Source: the human T2T-CHM13v2.0 reference genome, Homo sapiens
Length of the DNA stretch: 64,000 bases
Assembly: GCF_009914755.1 (NCBI RefSeq)
Contig: NC_060932.1
Strand: one strand, 5' to 3'
The first letter of the stretch is position 1. Each line of letters starts with the position of its first letter. This document shows, one piece after another, positions 13,833-25,844 of the stretch. A program made the position numbers and the translations under genes. The notes under the pieces are model-generated. The model was not told the DNA's origin. It ran no database searches and saw only the letters and a program-made list of their open reading frames with translations.

Positions 13833-16314
13833 TCACCTGCTGCTCCCTCATTCCCCACACATACTCTTCCCTGCACTGACCCATGTGGTTTTGAAGTAGA
13901 GATAGAAGAGAGAAATTTCTCCTTGGGAAAGTACCCATGGTTAAGTATCTGTCTCTTTGTTTAGCTCACGTTTATAGGGAAGAGCAATGGGGAAGAGCAG
14001 AGAATGCAAGAGGCCCTGCTGTCCACCCAGGGACCAATCCCAATTGGCACCCAAGATACAAACAGTCCCCTGTAAGACTCAGCTCCATTTTCTAGCTGCC
14101 CCCAATCGATAACCCCGATGCTTCATTCTTTTAAGGGGCCAGTGCCTTTGTCATCCTGTAGTGTTTCCTACAAGATTTCAGCCTGCTGTTTCATCACACT
14201 GGAGACCGTGGTCACAGGCCGGATTCATCTTCCACTTGCCTCAGAACCTGGGCACTCTAGAGGGTAGTCTATTCCCTCCATTCTGATTGGGCATCCCACT
14301 ATGCCATCTCTCCCCACTTGTCACTTGTCCAGAGCACCAAGGCAAACCAGCAGACTTGGAGTAAAATAGATTTCTAGCTAGGGAAGATGGCAGCCTACCC
14401 CAATGGAGACACAACCAAAGTTTAGGAATTATTCTTCAGAAGTCCCATTTCCTTAGCTTTGGCAAAGAAAACCAGGTGAGCGTACCCAATATTGCCTCAA
14501 GAGGTTAAGCAAAGGTGTAGGCTTTCTGCACTCTCTCCGTGCTCCCTGACCTTCTCTATTGTTCCAAATGGTAAAGGCTGCCGTTCCGCTATTCCAGTGT
14601 AGTCTCCCTCACTCCTGATGGGCAACTAGAGTCTTGTCCAAGAGAATTTTGTAAGTTTGTTCTCAGAAGCCTTCTAATCTTGGCACTGTTCAGTAAAGCC
14701 TGAGGGAAACAAATAATTTTGCAGTATTTTCTGTAACATAGAGTCCTTGAAAATTTTCACTAACCTTAGCCATAATTTAGTAGCCACCCTCAACGTAACT
14801 AAGGGAAATACCTTTTTACACTGTCGGCATTTTACTAGCAACAATATTAATGCTTCTTTTTTACATGGTAAACAAATTAAAAGTAACCCAAGCCAAGAAG
14901 CAGGATCAAAGTAATCTTTAAATAATCATAAATCTTATAAAGAAAATTATTAGTTTCAAATTCATGTTGAAATCATGAATGTAAGTGGTCGAACTTAAAG
15001 CATGTGATGTCTCTGGAAATGTCAAGGTACATCATTTAAGAATTATTTGAAAGTTGGAGACTGCTGAATTTTAAACCTGTCCTGGCAACGTGAGAATTAA
15101 TATTATTAATGTGCAAGCACATATAACACAGGATTTATCTAAATAATTTCTTTGATTTCTGCATTACTTAATTATACTGGTTATATTTGTGGTTAATATT
15201 AGATTTTTCTCCCTTTCTATTTTTTTTTACAGAAGATAGGTAGGCGCTGAAATTACAGATTATTACTTTTAAGTTATCATTTATTAAATAAGAATAAATA
15301 ATTTACTGAGAAAACTGACACCAAATTTTTAAAAAATCAATGTATATTTTAAACAGCCTTCTTTAGCTAGCCTGAATGAACAAAGGAACAAAATGTTAGC
15401 ATCCTAAACCCCAATACAGAGCTAACTAATTAGATTTAGTTTATAAAACTTTAAACATACACATAATACATTCATACATACATATATAAATAATTCTGAT
15501 ACTGTACTGCTTGAAATATAAGTGGCAATGTTATTTATGAAACTTTTTTAGGAGAGCACTGTGTTCAAAAATAGTTTTCCTTGCATATAACTCATTAAAT
15601 CACAAACATTTTTTAAAAATACATTCTATTTATGTGTTCTATATCTGGAGTGTGAGGTAGGAAATACTTCAGACAAGGAGATTCTGTCCTGAGGAAAGAT
15701 CAGGAAACTCAGATGTCAGAAAGTTAAGGCTGCTAGAGCAACAAATGCAATTTTAACACACGAGGGAAATAAGACCAGAACTCTTGAGTTCTTTCTTAGC
15801 TCTGTATTTGTCAGACTTACTGGTAAAGATACTATGTTAGATAAACAAAAGCTATACAATCACGACTTAACAACCAGCCATGATAGTTAAGTAGTTTAAC
15901 AACATTTAGCTGAAACATCTTGAACAAGATATACATAAATCTCATAATCTGAATGTAGTTGTAGTTTTTATTAGCTCTAACACAAATAACTCCGTGTCTC
16001 CGAAGTATAGAAATTATGATTTCATTATACCTTTTTGGAAGTAAATCTATGTTAATGCAAATGTTTCACTGTATTTTGTCTAGAGATGTTACAACTAATA
16101 ACTATGCTTGCATTCAAGTAAAGGGGGAGAAAAGTAATTTGTAAAAATTCTGTACACATAAAGTGTCTTTGGAATTGTATGCTCAATTGTAATATTTTTC
16201 CAAAATGATCAGAGAACATGTTGAGAGGGTCTAAAAAAGTGCACAGCAAATATCTCGCACAGAACCAATATTTACTGAACAAATAGAGTAAATACGCAAA
16301 TAAATGAGTAAAGG

Positions 16315-16379
16315 CTCTGATACGCTGACAATTAATTCTGATACGCTGACAATTAATTCTCTGATATGCTGACAATTAA
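16315..16379. repeat. Three-copy 21-23 bp tandem repeat (CTGATAC/TGCTGACAATTAAT)
   Basis: Directly visible. It produces the repeated 'QRINC' peptide in the ORF track. Confidence 0.9.
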
Positions 16380-17255
16380 AACAATAAGAAAATCATTTTC
16401 AGGACTTTATGGCCATACCACTCACAAATTTTACTTTTTCCGAAAAATGTTCTTATTCCATTTCTTCACACATTTTACTCAAACTTAATATAAAATTTAT
16501 TGCAGCTAATTCAGAGGGTGAAAAATTTTATAAACTGAGCAATTCCAAGAAACATGTTTCAGGATCTGAATACAAATTCAAAGCACGATTTTGAAGAATA
16601 TTTTTCAGCATTTACAACATCAATTTTCATTTTCGAGATGGAAAACAAGAACACAATGAGGTCTTCTTTCTTGGCTAAAACCCTAGATATAGTTGAAAAC
16701 GTAGTTTATAAAAGATGACTACAAAGTCCAGTTTCTGAAAACCAAAAGTTATGGAACAGCCGCAACACTGAAAGCCAAGGAGTAATAAATTCAAGAAGAA
16801 AACAGCAGCCCAGCATACAAGAATGAGGCCAGAAGGTACAGCCAACAAAAGTCCAAGCAAATCCCGTGATGTCTGAGAAACCTCAAAGAGGCCACAGGGA
16901 ACAAAAACATGGGTAAGTTTCAACACATCAGTAAGAGAACCAAGGTGGTGGACCCCTTCTGGCCACCACTCCCTTACCCAGTACAAGCAGCCTCTCCACG
17001 TCTGTCCACCTCCAAGGGCAGTGACTGTTTGCTTCTCCAGAACCAAAAACACTATCTCAAAAAAATTATTGAATGAGCGGATAAAGTAAAGAATGTTTAA
17101 GCCAGAAAAGAAAGATTTGAGCTTTTCAGTCGTCTAAATTCCAACCAAATAAATTTTTTGGCAGCATGAATTTATCTGTCTCTCTGTCCATCTAGCTATC
17201 TACTGACCTACCTGTGTGTTCATTTATTTATTTATTTAATAATTTACTGCATTTA

Positions 17256-17594
17256 AAATAATGGCATTCTCAGCCACCTGGATGAAATTGGAGACTATTG
17301 TTCTAAGTGAAGTAACTCAGGAATGAAAAACCAAACATCGTATGTTCTCACTCATATGTGGGAGCTAAGCTATGAGGATGCAAAAGCATAAGAATGATAC
17401 ATTGGACTTTGGGGACTCAGGGCAAAGGGTGGAGGATGGTGAGGGATAAAAGACTGCACAGTAGGTACAGTGTACACTTCTTGGGTGATGGGTGCACCAA
17501 AATCTTGGAAATCACCACCAAAGAACTTTATTCATGTAACCAAACACCACCTGTTCCCCAAAAACCTATTGAAATAAAAAATGAAAATAATACG
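17256..17594 (+). mobile_element. 5'-truncated L1PB1-like 3' end with 15-bp TSD
   Basis: L1PB 3' sequence flanked by a perfect TSD, AATTTACTGCATTTA (17241-17255 and 17595-17609). Confidence 0.93.
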
Positions 17595-17662
17595 AATTTA
17601 CTGCATTTAGGTCAGAGAAGCCCATATGGCAAGTAAACCTTTCATATGAAACTGTCCTGGGC

Positions 17663-17989
<327 letters not shown>

Positions 17990-18319
17990 TCAAGGTGACT
18001 GCGGATTTCCATGTGAATGAGGCTCCTGGATCTCCCTTCCCGTCATATGTCCGGAGGAGTGAATCCTAACCACGCTGAAATACTGCCGAGAACGTGCCTT
18101 TCATGATTACCAAATTATATTTTAATCCCATGAGTTGTCAGAAATAAGCATTCCAGCGTCTGATGGTGAATGTTCTGCGGTGTTAGAAGCAGTATTAACA
18201 GCAAAGTAAAGAAACCATCTTTTTGTGTAAGAGAGGAATGGGTCATATTCTCCGCGACTGCAAGCCCCAGGGCAGAGCAGCCTGAGTAGCTCCACATGCA
18301 ACCTTGAGGAAGGCTCACA

Positions 18320-18470
18320 ACCTCCTTCCACGACGTTTTCGCATCTGTAATGGGGAAAATAATAATAATGCCTACCTCATGGCGTTTATGAACATGTCAT
18401 GAGTTAATAGAAGTATAGCTCTTAAAATAGTCCCTGTCCATTACTGTTTAATGAATAGCGGCGATTATTA
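18320..18470 (+). mobile_element. MIR fragment
   Basis: MIR core 'tttcgcatctgtaatgggg...ataatgcctacctcatgg'. Confidence 0.65.
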
Positions 18471-18547
18471 AAGTGAGTTGCAGTAAAAACAGAAAAAAAA
18501 AACTTTCTAAATAGGATTTCACTGATTCTATTTTGAGACTTAGTTCC

Positions 18548-18660
18548 TTTCAGTTATATCCTACAGAGTTTTCACTGTATGGTAAGTAAAATCTTGTTTC
18601 AGCTCGGTACCTTGGTGCTATCAAGGAGAGTTGAAAAATCTTAATCTGAGGTCTTCAAAA
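18548..18660 (+). repeat. Inverted duplication arm A (partner 19955-20070)
   Basis: Aligns to the reverse complement of 19955-20070 with 9 mismatches and one 3-nt gap over 113 nt. Confidence 0.95.
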
Positions 18661-19954
18661 CTCCTTTCCTTTTTTTTCTTTCTCCTGTTTCACTAATCTC
18701 AGTAGTCTCCCTCTTGGCTTCTGCATATTTGCCTCACCCCATGTAAGATGTTGTCCATCAAGACTAGAAAGACAGAGAAAAGGCGTCTGACTTTCAACCT
18801 TCTGTTGCTTTAGCTCTAAAATAGAATAGAAAAACAAAAACAATGTTCCTGAAAGTAGACAATATTCCAGTTGCCCATCTGAATTTCTCACCTATACATT
18901 TTTGGATACTAAAAATTAGGAAGGAGAAAGGTCTTCAGAGTCACATATAGAAAGAAAATCACGCAAATAACATTTTCTTTCCTGGGCTGACCTACATCTC
19001 CTGTTACTTTGTGTTTCTCCCGATTGCCAGAGACATTCAAAACAGACTGGCCCCAGCACCAGGGGACTCATTGAAGAAGAAGAGCGAGTTGAGTTATGTT
19101 AATTGAGTGTCTACACCAACTGTCTAAGGGTGTAGAAGCCGTTTGTTTTTGCTGCTTCATCATTGGTCATCAAGCTCTGCCTTAAGTTCTTTTACCTTTA
19201 AAAGAGCATAATATCAGTTTCATAGCTCAGTTAATTAATCTGATTAATTTCTAGAAAATTAATGAGATTATATAACTGTTAAATTTTTTAAAAAGTCAAA
19301 AATCTCAGGAGAGAGGTAACCAGCAAATAAATCTGATATTCCAGCAAGCATAGGGGAAGCGGTTTCAAACCCTTCTGATGTATTGTTTTGATGCAGTCTT
19401 ACCAAAAAAAAAAGAAGGACTGTATGTTTAGGGGGCTTAAGACAATTTAGAATCCTTCCTAAATTCTTCCTACAAAAATATTTTACAGTTATTTCTTAAT
19501 GATAGAATAAATTACGGTTGAAAACAACTGGAGGAAAGTGTTCTCCTGTCATTCTTATAAGTAAAAGAATCTTACAAGAAATGACAACTAGATGTGGAAA
19601 AGTATTTTAGGTTATTTAATTTATACACTAACAGCATGTAAGTCTGATGCTACATTCTATTTTCAGGTCTTTGACTCATACTACTTGAACTTTTTTCAGA
19701 AATAAATATTTTCCAACTCATCCTGATAGACACCTAGTTTTCCATTTTCTGTTTAAATGCTACAGACATTTTCCTTTGTTTAATTATTTCAATTCTCTTT
19801 AGAAGTTTTTTTTCTAAGGATAGCACCATTCTGATATTTATAGGACAATGCCTATTTATATATTAATTAGTTTCCAGTGTTTCACATTACCCCAAGTCTT
19901 AGTTTGGGAATTAATGTTATTCTGTATCTGATGCAGTAAAATAAACACATCCCT

Positions 19955-20070
19955 TTTTGACGACCTCCGATTAAGATTTTTCCACTCTCCTTGACAGCAC
20001 CAACGTACTGAACTGAAACAAGGTGATTTTACTTACCATCCAGTGAAAACTCTGTAGGATGTAACTGAAA
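19955..20070 (-). repeat. Inverted duplication arm B (partner 18548-18660)
   Basis: Same alignment as arm A. Contains ATG|GTAAGT on the minus strand. Confidence 0.95.
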
Positions 20071-20326
20071 ATAATAGAGTTGACCTTGATATCTGATGGG
20101 AATAAAGCAAACTTTGGTGCACTCCCAAACAACAATAAACCCAGGAAGTGCTAACATTTCTAGTAGGTAAAGATACTTGCCCATAGCTCGAAGAGCTCTT
20201 TTTGCAGACTTTGATGATATCCACTTCACCTCTTAATAACTTGTGCTGCTTTCCATTTCAGAAAGGGACAGTTCCACAGCTGGCAAACAATGGCTCGCAG
20301 ATATGTTCTTCTTCACTGGATAAAAC
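20037..20326 (-). ncRNA. Candidate non-coding exon (290 nt)
   Basis: Minus-strand acceptor 'cattttacaattttag|G' and consensus donor 'GATG|gtaagt'. All three frames entering from the acceptor hit stop codons. There is no transcript evidence. Confidence 0.3.
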
Positions 20327-20528
20327 CTAAAATTGTAAAATGCAGTTTACTAGGTACTTGTTCAGGATTTATATAGAAGTACACTTACAGTTAAAAAACA
20401 TTTTTTCATTGTTGTAAAATACACATAAAATGTTTCATCTTAACAATGTTTAAGTGTACAGTTCAGTGATATTAAGTACATCCACATTGTTGTATAACCA
20501 TCACCGCCATCCATCTCCAGAACTTTTT

Positions 20529-21596
20529 TCTTTTCTTTTTCTTTTTTTTATTTTGAGACAGAGTCTCACTCTGTCGCCAGGCTGGAGTGCAATGGCATTG
20601 TTACCGGGGGTCCTTGCTCCCAGAGCTCCCACGATGGCCGCGGGCCACTTCCAAGACGGTGGCAAGCCTCGTGTTCTCTGACCTGGGGTTCTTGGCCTCA
20701 CAGATTCCAAGGAATGGAATCTTGGGCCATGCAGTGAGTGTTATAGCTCTATTAGAAGTCATGGGTCATGGAAGAGAACTGTGGAACCCAGTGACTAGTG
20801 TTCAGCTTGATTAGGACGAACCTAGGCACTTAGCCGTGCAAGAACGATGGCAAGCCTTTAGCCCGATCGGGAGAGGTAATGGGTGCCTCACTGGATCAGG
20901 AGCACAGGGGACATCCTGCGGATCTGGAGGAATGGAAGTCAACAGCAGGTCTGCGATGGCGGCAAAGAGCAGTGGTGGATGGTGAGCAAAATCTCAGCTC
21001 CAGTGGTAACAAACATGGACCAGAAGAGTGCAGTTGCAAGATTTAATAGAGTGAAATAGAATGAAAACAGAGCTCCCATACAAAGGGAGGGGACCCAAAG
21101 AGGATAGCCGATGCTGGCTCGGATGTCTGGGTTATATCCCGATCCTTGTCCCTCCCGCTGTGCTCTCAGGCAATAGATGATTGGCTATTTCTTTACCTCC
21201 TGTTTTTGCCTAATTAGCATTTTAGTGAGTTCTCTGATTGGTCAGGTGTGAGGTAAGCTGCAAGCCCCGTGTTTAAAGGTGGATGCGGTCACCTTCCCAG
21301 CTAGGCTTAGGGATTCTTAATCGGCCTAGGAAATCCAGCTAGTCCTGTCTCTCAGCGTGATCTCGGCTCACTGCAACCTCTGCCTCCCTGGTCCAAGCAG
21401 TTCTCCTGCCTCAGCCTCCTGAGTAGCTGGGATTACGGGTGCCTGCCACCAAACCTGGCTAATTTTTGTATTTTTAGTAGAGACGGGGTTTCCCCATTTT
21501 GGCCAAGCTGGTCTTGAACTTCTGACCTCAGGTGATAACGCCCACCTCAGCCTCCCAAAGTGCTGTGATTACAGACGTTAGCCACCGCACCCGGCC
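20529..21596 (-). mobile_element. Alu (AluS-like) split by LTR17
   Basis: The pieces 20529-20598 and 21355-21596 join into one continuous Alu. TSD 'cagaacttttt' on both sides. Confidence 0.92.
20599..21354 (-). mobile_element. LTR17 (HERV-W) full-length solo LTR
   Basis: The reverse strand begins TGAGAGACAGGACTAGCTGGATTTCCTAGGCCGA and ends ...GGTAACA (756 bp). It has CCAAT boxes near 21180 and 21237, a TATA-like GATATAA near 21135 and ATTAAA near 21045. 4-bp TSD gcat/gcgt. Confidence 0.95.
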
Positions 21597-21971
21597 CAGA
21601 ACTTTTTATCATGTAAAACTGAAACTCTATATATCCCTTTTCTCAGTCCCTGGCAACCACAAATCTACATTCTGTCTCAATGATTGTGAGTAGTCTCAGT
21701 ACCTAAGTGAAATCATACAGTATTTACCTTTTTTCTTTGTGACTATTTCACTTAGCATAATATCCTCAAGTTTCATCTGTGTTATAGTATGTGTCAGGAT
21801 TTCAGAAGGCTGAACAACATTCCACTGTATATACCACATTTTGCATCTCTATTCGTCTGCTAATGGATACTTGGGTTGCTTCTGTTTTAGCTATTGTGAT
21901 TAATTCTGCTGTGAGTATGTACGTACAAACATCTCTTCAAGACCCTGCTTTCAATTCCTTTGGGTATATAC

Positions 21972-22659
21972 TGTCCACTGAAGAATGACGAGGTTCATAA
22001 ATTTAGAAAGGAGAGCTTCATTTCTCACAGTTTTGCAGCCATTCTGACAGGCTGGGAAGCGTAGCCTCCAGCCAGAAGCCAGAAACAGGCACTTTGAGCG
22101 AAGGGCAAAGTGAACTGAAATTTGTGCTTAGCAATAGGGGATAGGAGGAGTCATGAATATTTATGAAAGTAGAAATATGTACATGTGCAGTTGAGCTTCA
22201 TGCCCCTTCATGGGTGCTGTGTACAAAAAATAGCAGCATTGGTATGATCCAAGGGTGGAGTTTCAACTGTCTTCTGTCAAAAGGTAAAGTAGAAGACATG
22301 AAAACTCTTACTGTGCCTTCTCCATAGACTGGCCAGAAACTCGTGTGGTTGATGGTCTCTTATCAGGAAGGAATGCTGGTCAATTGTTTTTGTCAAAACC
22401 ACAACAGGGAAGGGAAACAGTCAGGCTGCTGGTTGATATCAGTAATGGAGTTTTTAGAAAGGCCTGGTTTCTCATTAGCACTGAGGGAAGAAAGGCTAAT
22501 TGTGGTTGGCGAGGGAGTGGGTATAACAAGGTCTGTCTGACCTCCTATTCCATCAAGACCAAGAATTCAGTATTTTTTAAGGTTACTCTGGGGTCCCCTT
22601 GGCCAAGAGAAGGTCCCATCAGTTGGCTGGGGGGCTTAAGATTTCGTTTTTATTTGTCA
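21972..22659 (-). mobile_element. MER39/MER39B-like ERV1 solo LTR
   Basis: The reverse strand starts TGACAAATAAAAACGAAATCTTAAGCCCCCCAGCC...TTGGCCAAGGGGACCCCAGAG. TG...CA ends and a 4-bp TSD atac/gtac inside L1. Confidence 0.8.
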
Positions 22660-23146
22660 GTACCCAGAAGTGAAGTTTCTGAATCATATGGCAATTCTAT
22701 TTTTAGCTTTTTGAAGAACTGCCATGCCATTTTCCATAGCAGCTGCACCGTTCTGTATTTCTACCAGTAGCAACAACGGTTCTAACTTCTTTACATCCTC
22801 ATCAACACTTGTATTTTCTGTTTTGTTTTGTTTTGGGATAGCAGCCATTCTATTCCACGTACGAAGTGATATTTCATCTTGGTGTTGATCTGTATTTCCC
22901 AAATGATTAGTGACACTGAGCATCTTTTCCTGTGCTTATTGGTTCTTTTTATATTTTCTTTGGAGAAATGTCTTTTTAAGGCCTTTGCCCATTTTTGAAT
23001 CAATTTATTTATTTTTGTTCTTGTTGTTGTTATTGAGTTGTAGAAGTTCTCTATATATTCTGGATATTAACTCTTTATCAGACATATGATTTACAAATAT
23101 TTTCTCCCAGTCTAAAGGTTGCTTTTTGACTCTGTTGACAGTGTCC

Positions 23147-25840
23147 AGACCCTTCATCCAAAAAACTCAGTTCAAATAACATAAATATTGCTTTCAACAC
23201 GATCGGCAATGAGGAAGGGATCATCCTAAATTTGGGCAGAAAGTCTCTCAAAAATGCCCTTCAACTGCTCATGGCTCCCTAAGTGACTAGCTTGATTGGG
23301 CTCTACCATTTGGGAGAGCTCTTTATCCTGCTGTACACTCTTACATGCTGTTTCGCATGGCCTTGTTTTGCCTCTTCTGAGTTCTGCCACAACTCAAGAC
23401 TCTTTAACCTAACATGGACATCCTATCCCATTCCCAACAACTCACCACGAGATACCATTTCCCGCCATGATCCCAGCAAGAGGGCGATAATTATCCTATC
23501 ACTCCTCAGAATCTAGAGTCACTGGGCTGTGTGAATTGGCTTTGTCTCCATGTGTCTTTGAATGATGCAATTTGAAGAACGACCTCTGCTGAGTATGTAT
23601 CTCTGAGTGCTAACCTGGAAGCTGAATGGAATGGTGGGCTGGTGGCCTGCAGCACAGGTGGGTGATGCCTTCCTCACCATTGAATGTGTGGTCATTAGTA
23701 GCACTTGGGAGAAGCAGAAAATTTTTCTCTTACCTCTCAGCAATGAAAATTTCTGCACTATATGAATGGAACTGTTAACCATCATGTGCGGTGGAGATCA
23801 GTGGAGTGTTTGTTGCTGCTTTCCATTCCTCAGCTGGAATGTCCTTGATACAGGATGGAACCCAAGAAACAATCATTTGGCCAAACTTCAGGCAGTTGTC
23901 TTACCACTGGGTGCCATGGCTAACAAGTCGTTCTATCTTCACTTTTATTTAAACTATTGAGCCATTGCCAAAGAGTTGTTCCCTTCAAGGTAAAAAGTCC
24001 CTAGGAATCTCTTGCCTCATAGATAAACACATTAATAAATCAAAGTCATCCACATCTCTACATATACCAAGGCTACAATACAAGGCCTTGCCAGAACACT
24101 CCTTACTCCCTTCAGAGTTCCAGACGTTACTAACTGTAACTAAGACATACATTTCACTTGTTAGAATACACGATGGTGAGCTTTTGGAAAAGGCATTTAA
24201 TAGCACTTTCATGTCCTTAGTAGGTCCCAAAAAGTATTTTTAATTCAGAGACATAATGGTGTTCTCAAACAACTACTTTTCAAATTCTAGCCCAACAAGT
24301 AAACCCTTAAAAATCTCTATCTTGTCCAACACCTTAACCTATCTTTATATATTTTCAATCTTGACCCTATTGCACAGGGGCTGGAAGCAAGATAGAGGGC
24401 ACATACTCTCCTGAGACCTATTAACTGTAGAAAGTTCCATGGTCCAGGCAGGTGCTCATCTGACAAGAGACCCATTTGAACCTAAACTTTGACTAAAAGC
24501 AAAAATACTGTCATATAGAGTTGTTTACAATTCTATTGACTATTGGTCTATTTTCGCTGATCTAGGTGCTTTCATTGGTTTACAATCAGAAGGCCCACAT
24601 CAACCAGAGTGGGTACCCGCTTGGAAAGGCTACTCCAGTTCCACATCACAGATAACATCACCCTGGCCCAAAATCTCACTGCTGGAATTGACATTGCCTC
24701 TGATGACATTGCCTCAACCCAAAACCTTCCCTTTGGAGATGACTTCTCTCAGTATACTGGAGACGAGTTCTCCCAGTATTCTGAAATATCCACCCCGGCA
24801 ACGCCCGTAGACTTTCTCTTCCTAAGGCACAAATTGGACACACGATATGTTTTGCTTTTCTTTCTGAGCTCCCTGTCTCCTTAACTCATGATTCTGTTAT
24901 ACTTCTTGCTGTCTGTTAAAACATACAGCCCTGTACTTCCATGCCTAAGGAAAATCTCATAGAGGTTACTAAAATTAGTGGAGATTATTTCTTTCTCCAG
25001 GAAGCATCTGCCTCATGTCAATAAACTCATTGACACCCCCTGGGGAAAGGATCACCCACTTCCTTATGCCTTTTCTTGCTACTCTCCTCCAGATTTTTCA
25101 TTTTCACCCCTTGAGTCTCTGATCTTGACCACCCAAACCACTCTTTCTCTTTGGCTAAACAAAGCACAACATTCTCAAGGGTACATTATGCCCTGAATAA
25201 TGACACTTTCAGGTTCTATTGTGATCCAAACACATAGGCATAACCCCTAATGCATTTTTCCTTGCCAAGTCTTCTGCATGTTTTCCCTAATAAAACAATA
25301 CCCCAGTGTACAGTTGCTACCCTGGGGATTCCCATAGTTTATTGTCTACCAGGTACCTCCCTATTTCTGTTAACCTAAGGAAGCAGGGAAAAACAGACAA
25401 TATTTATTCCTACCTTAATAGGACTTGCCATAGCCACAGGCACCACCAGCATTGGCCATTACTGCAGTCTTTGTCAAACAAAATCATATCATAACTGCAA
25501 ACTACTATCATTCAGGATCCCTTTTAGGTTGTATTCAAAGGCTGCATGAAACATGGTCTCTTATAAAACAAGCCCATGAGTGTATAGCCCAAATGATAAT
25601 AAATAACAGACTGACTGTCGACTACTTACTAGCCAGGGAGGCAGGAATTTGTGCCATTCAGGGTCCCTCCTGTTGTATGTACATTGTTAGCTCTGGATAG
25701 CTACAAGCCAAACTATAAGGAATAGGCCAAAAGATAAAGATACTTTGTAATGTGGCCCAACAAATTCCTTTAAAATCAGAGATTTATGACCTTTTCTCTT
25801 GGCTATTGCCCCCCAGGGACAATTACTTCCACTTCTAAAT
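23147..25840 (+). mobile_element. LTR-less endogenous retrovirus internal fragment (RNase H-like remnant plus env)
   Basis: 'AKLQAVVL...LHFYLNY*AIAK' near 23880-23970 resembles the retroviral RNase H motif AELxAV...YTDSxxV. Env transmembrane-subunit (TM) motifs follow downstream. Confidence 0.65.
25385..25760 (+). pseudogene. env: Decayed gamma-type retroviral envelope TM region
   Basis: Degenerate furin site and fusion peptide REKQ|TIFIPTLIGLAIATG from 25385. After a frameshift come the immunosuppressive domain NNRLTVDYLLAREAGIC and the CX6CC motif CAIQGPSCC (25650-25676), then a stop codon. Confidence 0.85.
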
Positions 25841-25844
25841 AAAT

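Larger units (their letters stand above)
20400..23146 (-). mobile_element. L1MB-type 3' end and distal ORF2, interrupted by an Alu (itself containing LTR17) and by a MER39-like LTR
   Basis: 'taagtgtacagttcagtg...ccatctccagaacttttt' and 'ctggcaaccac' mark the 3' UTR. Antisense ORF2 continues to 'gactctgttgacagtgtcc'. Confidence 0.85.

Noticed and set aside
22345-22770. 141-aa ORF
   Set aside because: It runs antisense through the MER39-like LTR into L1, so it is a chance open frame.
23283-23516. Hydrophobic ORF resembling an Env signal peptide
   Set aside because: It lies upstream of the RNase H-like remnant, the wrong order for an env start, and it has no ATG.
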